From assembly GCA_050287085.1 (NCBI GenBank), contig JBNKBE010000008.1:8-64007 (forward strand): a stretch of 64,000 nucleotides of DNA, read 5' to 3'. Under the pieces are notes generated by a model. The model was given only the letters and a program-made list of their open reading frames with translations. It was not told the DNA's origin and did not search any database. Shown piece by piece: positions 20,255 to 28,856 of this stretch; position 1 is the first letter of the stretch; each line of letters begins with the position of its first letter. The position numbers and the translations under genes are program-made. The DNA is from Polyangiaceae bacterium. Lineage in GTDB: Bacteria; Myxococcota_A; Polyangia; Polyangiales; Polyangiaceae.

Positions 20255-21844
20255 GTGTCCCCGACAATTCCGCGTCAAAGCGCTGTCCATCGACGCGCCG
20301 ACCGCTACCCGGCGTGGCGTCTCTGCTGGCCGATCGGCTGGCTGTGCGTGTGGATGTGGGGCTGTCAGTTCGAGAGCAAGCCGCCGCCCGGGTACACGCA
20401 GCCCAAGACCATTGCCCTGACGCTGGAGGGGGCGCCCGCACCGGGGACCGAGCGCGCGCCTCTGCAGGTGGGGGAGGGCGGGCGAGACGACAACCTGCCC
20501 TTCGACGCCACTGGGGCGCAGCTTGCTTCGATCGCCTGGCGGACATGGGTGTACACGGACGTGGGGCCGCATCGGACTCGATACGGCTACCTGCGGGCGG
20601 GGCAGATCGTCGATCGACGGGAGCCGGCAATTCACAACGCTGGATGTGAGCAGGGTTGGTATCGCATCAACCCCAGAGGATTCGTGTGCGTGGGGCGCGG
20701 GGCGACCCTGGACTTGACCCATCCTGTGGTCGCCGCGAGCGCGCGTCGTCCGCGCCGGGGCGAGGGGCTGCCCTACCCGTATGTGCTCACCGGAGACCAC
20801 CCGCCGCATTTCTACGTCCGCGTGCCGGAGCAGCGCGAGATGCGCCGCGTCGAAGGGGACTTTGCGGGGCGCGCCAATCGTTGGTGGTCAGCGCGGGTGG
20901 CGCGTGAGGAGGAGCCCTTGCTAGAGCTCATGACCGAGCTACCGAGTGCTTTGCAGCTACCGGCGTTGGTGAAGCCCTACGGAGTGACGAGGCGCCTTCA
21001 GGTCGGCGCCAATGCCGGACGGGCTTCGCGGGGAGGAGGGCTTGCGCTCCTGGGCTCGTTGCGTAGGGCGGGTCGAACCTTCGGGCTTGCGACCGAGCTC
21101 GACTGGGTGCCCCTCGATCGCACGGAGCTCGTTGTGCCGAGCACTTTTCACGGTTTGGTTCTCGAAGAGGGATCGGACTTGCCCGTTGGCATCACGTCCC
21201 TGCCGTGGACGACTCAATACCAGCGCGATGAGCACACCGGGGCGTTGCACGCGGCGGGATCGCTTCCGCGGCGCACGGTGGTCGATCTCAGCGGTGAAGT
21301 GCTCCGCTACGGCGGCGCGCGCTTCTTTCACACGCGGGAAGGCCACTATCTCCCGGCGGCGGGCCTTCACCTGGTGGCTCCACGCTCGCAGTTTCCCAGT
21401 GTCGCAACCGGGGGGCGCAAGTGGATCGACGTCTCGATCAACTCGCAGGTGCTTGTTGCGTACGAGGGGCGCCGCGCCGTATTCGTGACCCTCATCAGCT
21501 CGGGCGCTGGAGGTCTGGGCGATCCCGAAGAAGTACCCGCGACCGTGCAAGGAACCTTCATGATCCATGCCAAACACGTCTCGGTAACGATGAATGGCGA
21601 TGACGATAAGAGCGATTCCTACAATCTCAGCGACGTCCCGTTCGTGCAGTACTTCCATCGCGGCTACGCGCTGCATGCCGCCTACTGGCATGATGACTTT
21701 GGACGCGCGCGAAGCCACGGGTGTATCAATCTGTCGCCGCGTGATTCGGCGTGGTTGTTCGAGTGGACGGATCCGCACGTGCCAGAGACATGGCACGGCG
21801 TATTGAATCAGGAGCGGGGCACCGTAGTGCACATCCGCCCCTGA
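20255..21844 (+). CDS. L,D-transpeptidase (YkuD domain); start uncertain
   Basis: C-terminal ALHAAYWHDDFGRARSHGCINL with catalytic His/Cys; possible lipobox MWGC. Confidence 0.88.
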   Translation: MSPTIPRQSAVHRRADRYPAWRLCWPIGWLCVWMWGCQFESKPPPGYTQPKTIALTLEGAPAPGTERAPLQVGEGGRDDNLPFDATGAQLASIAWRTWVYTDVGPHRTRYGYLRAGQIVDRREPAIHNAGCEQGWYRINPRGFVCVGRGATLDLTHPVVAASARRPRRGEGLPYPYVLTGDHPPHFYVRVPEQREMRRVEGDFAGRANRWWSARVAREEEPLLELMTELPSALQLPALVKPYGVTRRLQVGANAGRASRGGGLALLGSLRRAGRTFGLATELDWVPLDRTELVVPSTFHGLVLEEGSDLPVGITSLPWTTQYQRDEHTGALHAAGSLPRRTVVDLSGEVLRYGGARFFHTREGHYLPAAGLHLVAPRSQFPSVATGGRKWIDVSINSQVLVAYEGRRAVFVTLISSGAGGLGDPEEVPATVQGTFMIHAKHVSVTMNGDDDKSDSYNLSDVPFVQYFHRGYALHAAYWHDDFGRARSHGCINLSPRDSAWLFEWTDPHVPETWHGVLNQERGTVVHIRP

Positions 21845-21867
21845 GACGCGGCAAGCCGAGCTCGTCG

Positions 21868-23664
21868 TCAGGGCAATTTGTAGCGTACGCCTTGGGGCAA
21901 GTCCTCGACCGTTACGCCGTGACGCTGCAGTATGCTGCGGATCGCGTCGGCGACCTCGTAGCGCTTCTGGCGCTTGGCCCCATGGCGCAGCCCCAGCAAG
22001 ACCTCGGTGAGGGGGGCGTCCGGGGCGGGCAGTGCGTCGAGCGCGCCAGCGTCCGGAGCTTGGCCCTGTTCGAGTTGACCCAGCAGGGCTTGCTCTCCCG
22101 ATTGCGGGCCGCGTGCGATGAGGTCGAGGGCCGCCTGTCGGAGGCGTTCCGGCGTTTCCCAGGCAGCTAGGGTGGCCTTGTCGAGAAGCCCTTGGCTGAC
22201 CCGGTGGCGCAGCACACCGAGCACTTCATCGAACTCCTGCAGGGTCGCCAGAGCGTGCGCGGCGTCCGCCGGGCAGAGCTCCATTTGATTGAGCTGTCCG
22301 GCGAATGCACAAGCGGCGGCGATCGCTCCCGGTATGTTGAGATCGTCATCCAGAGCGGCGTCGAAGGCTTCGCGTGCGCTTTGGGTCGCGCTTTGCACGG
22401 CGTCGCTGACAGCTTCTTCGGGCGTTTGGGCCGCAATCAACTCTTGGAGACGCTCGTAACGAGTTTGGAGCCGTTGCACCTGGCTGCGAGCTTGCACCAA
22501 CAAGTCGACGGAGAAGTTCATCGGTTGATGGTGGTGGGTGGACAGCAGCGTCAGCCGCAGGACCTCCGGTGCTACCTGCCCCTCGGGAAAGCCCGCCGCC
22601 TGGAGTTCTGCAGCAAGGGCCGCGCGTCCGGACGCTGCGGGGGCGAGGAGATCGCGTACGGTGTAGAAGGTACCGTCGCGTTTGCTCATCTTGCGCCCAT
22701 TCACCAGTAGGTGGCGTCCATGCACCCAATAGCGGGCGAAGCTCTTGAGTCCGAGGGCGTCGAGACCGCCCGCGTTCACGCCTAGAGCAGCGCAGCTCTG
22801 TGCGTTTTCACATTCGTGATGAGGGAATAGGTTGTCCTCGCCGCCGGTGTGAATATCGATGGTCGCACCCAATTGGGCCAGGGCCATTGCTGAACATTCG
22901 ATGTGCCATCCAGGGAAACCCTTGGCCACGGCGGGCGAGACCCCGCTTGGGATAAGCCTTTTTAGACGCGCGAATTCATCGTCGCGGAAACCCTCACCCG
23001 TGTGTGGGTCCCATTGCATCAGGTGCTTGCTGTCCGTCTTCCACAGTGCAAAGTCTCGCGGATCTCGCTTTTCTTCTCGCACGTCCACACGGGCGCCAAC
23101 CTCGAGTTCTTCCAGCTTCTTTCCGGATAGTTTTCCGTATTCAGGAAAACTCGAAATTTCGAAATAGACCTGGCCGTCGGCGTCCGTGTAGGCAAATCCC
23201 TTGTCGAGGAGCGTTTGGATCAGTGCGAGCATTTCCGGGACATGGCCGGTCGCCCGTGGGTGCAGCGAAAGATCGTTTGCTTCATCTCCGCGGTAGTTCT
23301 TGAGTCCAAGCTTCTTGGCATCCTCAGCGAACGCCCGCTCGAAGTGCGCTGCGACCTCGTAGGGATCCCAGCCAAGTTCTCGTGCCGCTCGCGAGAGCTT
23401 GTCTTCGCCGGATGCGTCTGCGAGGTGGTCCTCGGTCATGTGCCCGACGTCGGTGATATTCATCACGTGTCGAACGCGGTACCCGCGCCGCTCCAGTACC
23501 CGGCGCAGCGTGTCGGCCAAGAGAAAGCTGCGAAAGTTGCCGATGTGGGCGTAGGAGTAGACCGTCGGACCACATGTATACATCAAGACGCTTTCGCGCT
23601 TGGCGTCCAGTGGGATGAAGGGTTCCAGGGTGTGGGTCAGCGTGTTTCGCAGGTTCAGGGGCAT
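21868..23664 (-). CDS. cysS: Cysteine--tRNA ligase
   Basis: YTCGPTVY, HIGN, DFALWK, PGWHIECS, FPHHE, KMSK. Confidence 0.96.
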   Translation of the reverse strand: MPLNLRNTLTHTLEPFIPLDAKRESVLMYTCGPTVYSYAHIGNFRSFLLADTLRRVLERRGYRVRHVMNITDVGHMTEDHLADASGEDKLSRAARELGWDPYEVAAHFERAFAEDAKKLGLKNYRGDEANDLSLHPRATGHVPEMLALIQTLLDKGFAYTDADGQVYFEISSFPEYGKLSGKKLEELEVGARVDVREEKRDPRDFALWKTDSKHLMQWDPHTGEGFRDDEFARLKRLIPSGVSPAVAKGFPGWHIECSAMALAQLGATIDIHTGGEDNLFPHHECENAQSCAALGVNAGGLDALGLKSFARYWVHGRHLLVNGRKMSKRDGTFYTVRDLLAPAASGRAALAAELQAAGFPEGQVAPEVLRLTLLSTHHHQPMNFSVDLLVQARSQVQRLQTRYERLQELIAAQTPEEAVSDAVQSATQSAREAFDAALDDDLNIPGAIAAACAFAGQLNQMELCPADAAHALATLQEFDEVLGVLRHRVSQGLLDKATLAAWETPERLRQAALDLIARGPQSGEQALLGQLEQGQAPDAGALDALPAPDAPLTEVLLGLRHGAKRQKRYEVADAIRSILQRHGVTVEDLPQGVRYKLP

Positions 23665-23943
23665 GGTACTCGCACTAAGAACCGATCCGAAGCCGCCGCA
23701 GCATTCCGTCGGCCCCATGGGGTGAGGCCGCCCCGATGCTGTTGCTTTGGCGTTCTCTTGCTCGGCTCATTCTCTGGTTGCTGGATCTCCGATCCTTCTT
23801 AGGATCGGTTCTAGGCCAGGGCAATTGGCCCTGTGTCGCTGCCCGGGGCTTCGGGGCAGCTGGAGGGGGTGTTTCTCTTCGTTCGCGGATGGGGCCCTCA
23901 GACCGAGCTGCTACAAGCAGCGCACCGCCGTTCGGCGTGCGGT

Positions 23944-25659
23944 TTAGTACAACAATCGTCGCTCATCGACAAAGGCTTCCAGCGCAGCGGGGACCTTGCC
24001 TGCTTCGTTGTTGGTGTCGAAGGTGACAGATACCCACCGTCCCGATTGCGGGTCGAAGGCTCCCGGCAGCAGGTAGACTTTCTCGATGAGCACCTGGGGA
24101 GGAGTCGCAACCGGATTGCGCGGATCGGGCTTGTCTTCGAGCGCCCGGAGCTGGACGGCGAGTTCCTCTTTGGGCTCCAGGGTTCGGTTGTAGACGCATA
24201 GGTCGACAGCTTGGATGCGTCCCTTTCCAGAGGAGCGCATATCGCACGCGACGACGTCACCCTGAGCGCGCCGTAGGCGCTCAATGAGCGGCGCCTCGTC
24301 TTCGCGCAGGGCTTTGGCCAATTCCTCGGTGCCAGCGCGACCACGCAGATCACCCAGGTAGGTCAGCATCAGGGCCCCGTGTAAGCGAACGGGACGGTGG
24401 TTGGCGCTCAACAACGCCGCCAGGGCATCAGCCGGCGCCAGGTCAGAGCTTGCGAGTTCCTCCTGCTTGGGGTTCTCGATGACGAAACTGGTGCCGCGGG
24501 ATTCCACATGCCACTTCACCGCCTGTCCGGGGCGCATTCGCCCCTCGTAGTAGAGGTGACGTTCTTTGGTCGGCTTCGTCCCATGGTCCTCGAAGAAGCG
24601 GACGAGGAGACTCGCGTCGGGCAGCGTCTTCCGACTGTTGTTCACCAGTCCAAGCTCTAGCTCAACATGGTGATGTCCTTTGTGAGCCCGGAGTCGCTCT
24701 GAGATGACGAGGGTGCTGAGCAGCGGAAACGGGGCTTCCCAGAGAGGCGAGGTGGCTCGCTCACACTGGCAATCGCCAGCCGCTCTTGCGGCAGGCGCTG
24801 GGCTTGCTGGGACCGTGGAGGTCGGGGTGGGGGCGGTGGCTGTCGAGTCAGGGCCTGCGGCAGCTTGGAAGCTTGGCCCCGGGGCGGGAGGCTCTGAGCG
24901 GGGGAGCCTCGGGGGCGCGCTGGGGAGCTCGCTTCCGCGCGGGGGAGCCGTTTGGACACCTCGCACCAGCCATGACGACGTAACGACCGCGGCCAGACTT
25001 CCGGCCGTTAGGACAATTGCAACACCTGCGGTGGAACGCGGAAGGGACAGAAGGAGGGCCGCCCAGTCGAAGGGCGGGGCCTCTGCGCGAGCCCGCGATG
25101 TGAAAGGGCGTGGATAATACTGGCGGAGTTCATCCAAGAAGCGTTGCCGCAGCAGCGGCTCCGGCTGAGATGGACTCAGCCACAGTCGCTCCGTGAACAG
25201 AGCGACGACGACCAGGGCGATAGCCCCCAGCGTGGCCAGGAGCAGGGCGCTGCCAGAGTAGGTTGCGGCCGGCGAATCGGCGAGCAAAGGGGGGCCGGCC
25301 GAGAGCAGCACTAACGCCAAGAGCGCTGTGGCCCCCCGCACCAGCAAGCGACGCTTGCGCAGCTCCTGAGGGCGAGGATCGCTTTGTGCAGCGAAGCTCG
25401 TGAGCAGCAAACGATGGTGTGGTGCGGCAGTGGCTCCGAGCTCTAACCATATGGCCTCCTCGTGGGGCTCAACGCTTAGCACCTCGGGCCAAGGCACCAC
25501 CTTGCGCACGCCGGAGGTCACAGGACCCGGGGCGTAGCCCTCCTGGTAGGTGGCTACAGCCAGGTAGTGCAGCACCAATCCCCGGGGGGTGCATTCGCAT
25601 TCGAGCGTGCCAATGGCGCTGCTCTCCCGGCTTTTGGCCGCTACGGCTCGGACCTTCAT
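23944..25659 (-). CDS. Hypothetical membrane protein (about 3 TM helices, Pro linker, soluble C-terminal domains)
   Basis: Long ORF with hydrophobic segments; ATG 25659 preferred because TTG 25680 lies in a terminator U-tract. Confidence 0.7.
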   Translation of the reverse strand: MKVRAVAAKSRESSAIGTLECECTPRGLVLHYLAVATYQEGYAPGPVTSGVRKVVPWPEVLSVEPHEEAIWLELGATAAPHHRLLLTSFAAQSDPRPQELRKRRLLVRGATALLALVLLSAGPPLLADSPAATYSGSALLLATLGAIALVVVALFTERLWLSPSQPEPLLRQRFLDELRQYYPRPFTSRARAEAPPFDWAALLLSLPRSTAGVAIVLTAGSLAAVVTSSWLVRGVQTAPPRGSELPSAPPRLPRSEPPAPGPSFQAAAGPDSTATAPTPTSTVPASPAPAARAAGDCQCERATSPLWEAPFPLLSTLVISERLRAHKGHHHVELELGLVNNSRKTLPDASLLVRFFEDHGTKPTKERHLYYEGRMRPGQAVKWHVESRGTSFVIENPKQEELASSDLAPADALAALLSANHRPVRLHGALMLTYLGDLRGRAGTEELAKALREDEAPLIERLRRAQGDVVACDMRSSGKGRIQAVDLCVYNRTLEPKEELAVQLRALEDKPDPRNPVATPPQVLIEKVYLLPGAFDPQSGRWVSVTFDTNNEAGKVPAALEAFVDERRLLY

Positions 25660-25678
25660 TGTGCGTCTGAGCGTGTAC

Positions 25679-25713
25679 AAAAAAAGGCGGCCGGCGCCAA
25701 TGGTGCCGGCCGC
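25679..25713 (-). terminator. Rho-independent terminator after amt
   Basis: GCGGCCGGCACC-ATT-GGCGCCGGCCGC hairpin followed by C and T7 on the minus strand. Confidence 0.85.
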
Positions 25714-25764
25714 AACTGTTGATGTCTGAAAAGAGCTACCCGAAAGCGCCGGGCGCGGAGCCTT

Positions 25765-27171
25765 TCAGCTTTCCGACGAAGCGAGCTTGGACGAGCTCTC
25801 TTCGGCGTGGCCTTCAGCCTCACCGGCCGAAGCAACGCGGGTCATGCTGGAACCCAGCTCGAAGGCATAGCCGTGTGCACCGTGCTCACCGGCATCGAGG
25901 CCTTCGATTTCTTCTTCAGCCTCGACACGCAGGCCCATGGTGGCCTTGATGACGTAGAAGAGCGCACCGGCGACCAGAACCGTGAAGACGCCGTAGGCGA
26001 GCACTCCCTGGAGCTGAACGCCAAAGGTGTGCTCGGGTTTCTGCGAGAAGATGCCGACGGCCAAGGTGCCCCAGATGCCACACACGAGGTGAACGGAAAC
26101 CGCACCCACGGGATCGTCGATCTTGACCTTGTCGACGAGCATGACCGAGCCCACTACGAGACCACCGGCGATTGCTCCGATAACGATAGCGGAGAGCGGT
26201 TCAACCGAGTCAGCGCCAGCGGTGATGCCGACGAGCCCGGCCAGAATGCCGTTGAGGGCCATGGAGAGATCGGGCTTGGGCGAGATGAAGCTGTAGACGA
26301 GCATAGCGCCAAGACCGCCCGCGGCGGCCGCCAGGCTTGTCGTTACAAGCGTGAGCGAGGTGGCACCGGGATCGGCGGAAAGAACCGAGCCGCCGTTGAA
26401 TCCGAACCAGCCGAGCCACAGCAGGAATACGCCGATCGTAGCCAGCGGCATGTTGCTGCCAGGAATGGGGGTGACCTCACCCTTCTTGCTGAACTTGCCT
26501 AGACGTGGTCCGAGCATCCAAGCGCCGACTAGAGCACCCCAGCCGCCGACTGAGTGGACGAGGGTTGAGCCCGCGAAGTCGTAGAAGCCGGCCTGATAGA
26601 GCCAACCCTTGCCCCAATGCCAGGAGCCTGCGATCGGATAGGCGAAGGCTACAAACAGCGTCGCAAACACCATGAAGCTCTTGAGCTTCACGCGCTCAGC
26701 CACAGCACCAGATACGATCGTGGCGCAGGTTGCCGCAAACATCGCCTGGAATAGGAAGTCTGTGTAGAAGGTGTAGCCGCCGTCCGCGTAGCCGGTGGTG
26801 TTGGCATTGTCGGGGGGCGCAAGCCCGAGATTCGAGAATGCGCTGACCGCGAAGTAGCCGTCCCAGACCTCCCCAACCTCTCCCGGGTACATGAGGGAGA
26901 AGCCGATGATGAAGTAGGTGATCAGGCCCACGCACACGATGAACGTGTTCTTGAACAGAATGTTGATCACGTTCTTGGCGCGGGTCAGACCGCTCTCGAG
27001 CGTGGCAAAGCCCAAGTGCATGATGAACACGAGGCCGGTGCAGATCATCATCCAAACGTTGTTGGCGACGAACGTTCCCGGTGTCACCGCGGCCGCCTCT
27101 TCGGCATAGGCGACTCCCGGTAGCAACAAGGCCCCGAGCAGGGGCAACAGCCATGGTTTCTTGCTTGTCAT
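25765..27171 (-). CDS. amt: Ammonium transporter
   Basis: FQAMFAAT, SGAVAER, DFAGSTLVH, WFGFNGGS, DDPVGAVSVH; GGAGAG RBS before ATG 27171. Confidence 0.96.
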   Translation of the reverse strand: MTSKKPWLLPLLGALLLPGVAYAEEAAAVTPGTFVANNVWMMICTGLVFIMHLGFATLESGLTRAKNVINILFKNTFIVCVGLITYFIIGFSLMYPGEVGEVWDGYFAVSAFSNLGLAPPDNANTTGYADGGYTFYTDFLFQAMFAATCATIVSGAVAERVKLKSFMVFATLFVAFAYPIAGSWHWGKGWLYQAGFYDFAGSTLVHSVGGWGALVGAWMLGPRLGKFSKKGEVTPIPGSNMPLATIGVFLLWLGWFGFNGGSVLSADPGATSLTLVTTSLAAAAGGLGAMLVYSFISPKPDLSMALNGILAGLVGITAGADSVEPLSAIVIGAIAGGLVVGSVMLVDKVKIDDPVGAVSVHLVCGIWGTLAVGIFSQKPEHTFGVQLQGVLAYGVFTVLVAGALFYVIKATMGLRVEAEEEIEGLDAGEHGAHGYAFELGSSMTRVASAGEAEGHAEESSSKLASSES

Positions 27172-27586
27172 GTATCTCTCCAGAGTGGATGGCTCAAGTT
27201 CGGCTGGTGACCTGTGCCTCTGCGCTTCGTTGAACTCCCCGGAACCCGGTTCCAAGGAGCGTCGAGCGAGAGGTGCCAGCAGACGGGTAAGCACTTTGGG
27301 TAAGTGGTTCGCTCGGTCATCGACCGACTGGGAGAGTTTCCGTGTCAGTTGTTTCAGACGCGTTTCGTTGCCGGGTCTCGGAAACAAAAGTGCGTCAAGG
27401 TAGCGACACAGAGCAACTCGTCACTTGAAATAAGGAGGAAACATCAACCGCCTAGGGCTTGCGACTCCGATCGAGGCGCACGCGCAGATAGAGGTAAACG
27501 TTCAGCTTCCGACAGTCTTCGGCGACGCGCGAGTCGGGCCCGGATTCGAGCAGCAGCGTTGGGGACGACCCAAGGTGCTTGGGGTG

Positions 27587-28627
27587 TTAGGCCTTCTTTT
27601 CGAACAGCGGTCCGGCGCTGCTCGCCAGCGGCAGTCCGAGATGTTCATAGGCCGCGCGGGTTGCAGTCCGTCCGCGCGGAGTTCGGTTCAGCAGCCCTTG
27701 CTGTAAGAGGTAGGGCTCATAGACGTCTTCGATGGTGTCGCGCGGCTCGGCGAGTGCAGCGGCTATCGTTTCCACACCTACCGGGCCGCCGTCGAAGTGC
27801 TCGATAATCGTTCGCAGCAGGCGCCGATCCATTTCGTCCAAACCTCGGCTGTCGACGCCAAGTTGGGTGCATGTCGTCTTGACGATGTCGACGGTTACTT
27901 CACCTGTGCCCAGGACCTGCGCGAAATCCCGAGCGCGACGGACCAAACGATTGGCGATTCTGGGGGTGCCACGCGACCTTTGAGCGAGCGCCAGCGCGGC
28001 CTCTTCGCCACACGGTAACTCGAGCTTGCGCGCCGAGCGCAGGATGATGCGCATCAACTCCTCAGGCGTGTAGAAGTCCAAGCGCAGGGTGACACCGAAG
28101 CGCTCCCGAAGCGGCTTGCTGAGCAATCCGGCTCGCGTTGTCGCACCGACAAGAGTGAACGGTTGGATGGATACGGAGATCGTTTCCGCGAAGGGACCGT
28201 CTCCGGTCATCACGTCCACGCGAAAGTCTTCAATCGCAGGGTACAGTGCCTCCTCTACCGGAGTGCTGAGTCGATGGATCTCATCAATGAACAGCACGTC
28301 TCCGCGGGCACAGCGGGTGAGGAGCCCGGTCAGTACTCCCTTGTGGTCGATGGCCGGACCGCTGGTGATGCACAGCTCCACGCCCATTTCTTTCGCGAAG
28401 ATGTTGGCGAGGGTGGTTTTGCCGAGACCCGGTGGGCCAGCGAGCAAGATATGGTCGAGCGGCTCGCGACGTCGGCGTGCGGCTTGGATGTAGACCCGGA
28501 GGTTCTCCTTGTGGTGCTCCTGACCGATGAAATCGTCGAGCGTCTCCGGGCGGAATACCCGATCCAGGCGCCCGTCGTCGCCGCTCTGGGTGGGGGCCAC
28601 GACGCGGTCGAGTTCCGACTGGCTCAT
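27587..28627 (-). CDS. ruvB: Holliday junction branch migration helicase
   Basis: GPPGLGKTT, FIDEIHRL, GATTRAG, RGTPRIANRL, EPYL, RTPRGR. Confidence 0.97.
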   Translation of the reverse strand: MSQSELDRVVAPTQSGDDGRLDRVFRPETLDDFIGQEHHKENLRVYIQAARRRREPLDHILLAGPPGLGKTTLANIFAKEMGVELCITSGPAIDHKGVLTGLLTRCARGDVLFIDEIHRLSTPVEEALYPAIEDFRVDVMTGDGPFAETISVSIQPFTLVGATTRAGLLSKPLRERFGVTLRLDFYTPEELMRIILRSARKLELPCGEEAALALAQRSRGTPRIANRLVRRARDFAQVLGTGEVTVDIVKTTCTQLGVDSRGLDEMDRRLLRTIIEHFDGGPVGVETIAAALAEPRDTIEDVYEPYLLQQGLLNRTPRGRTATRAAYEHLGLPLASSAGPLFEKKA

Positions 28628-28633
28628 GCGTGC

Positions 28634-28662
28634 AGTATAACAGAGCACCAGTCCGGTCTGAA
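28634..28662 (-). promoter_or_regulatory. Sigma70-type promoter of ruvB (probably leaderless)
   Basis: TTCAGA-17 nt-TATACT with TG extension, 6 nt before the ATG. Confidence 0.6.
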
Positions 28663-28856
28663 GGCTGCCCTTGTCCGAACGACCTTTCTGCCAACGGTAG
28701 GGGCCAGAGGCTGTTGGAACCCGCAGGATCCCCGGATCCTAGGGGCCCGCGGACGAAAAAGCCCTACTACTACGCCGGCCGATCGTAGTGCGGTCGCGGG
28801 CGGCTTCGTCGCGGCGGTCTTGACCGGCTCGCGACCGACTTGCCCATCCACGGGCC

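Noticed and set aside
23665..23943. Canonical T-box upstream of cysS
   Set aside because: No UGGNACC antiterminator bulge, and the GAA-UGC lies in a paired stem.
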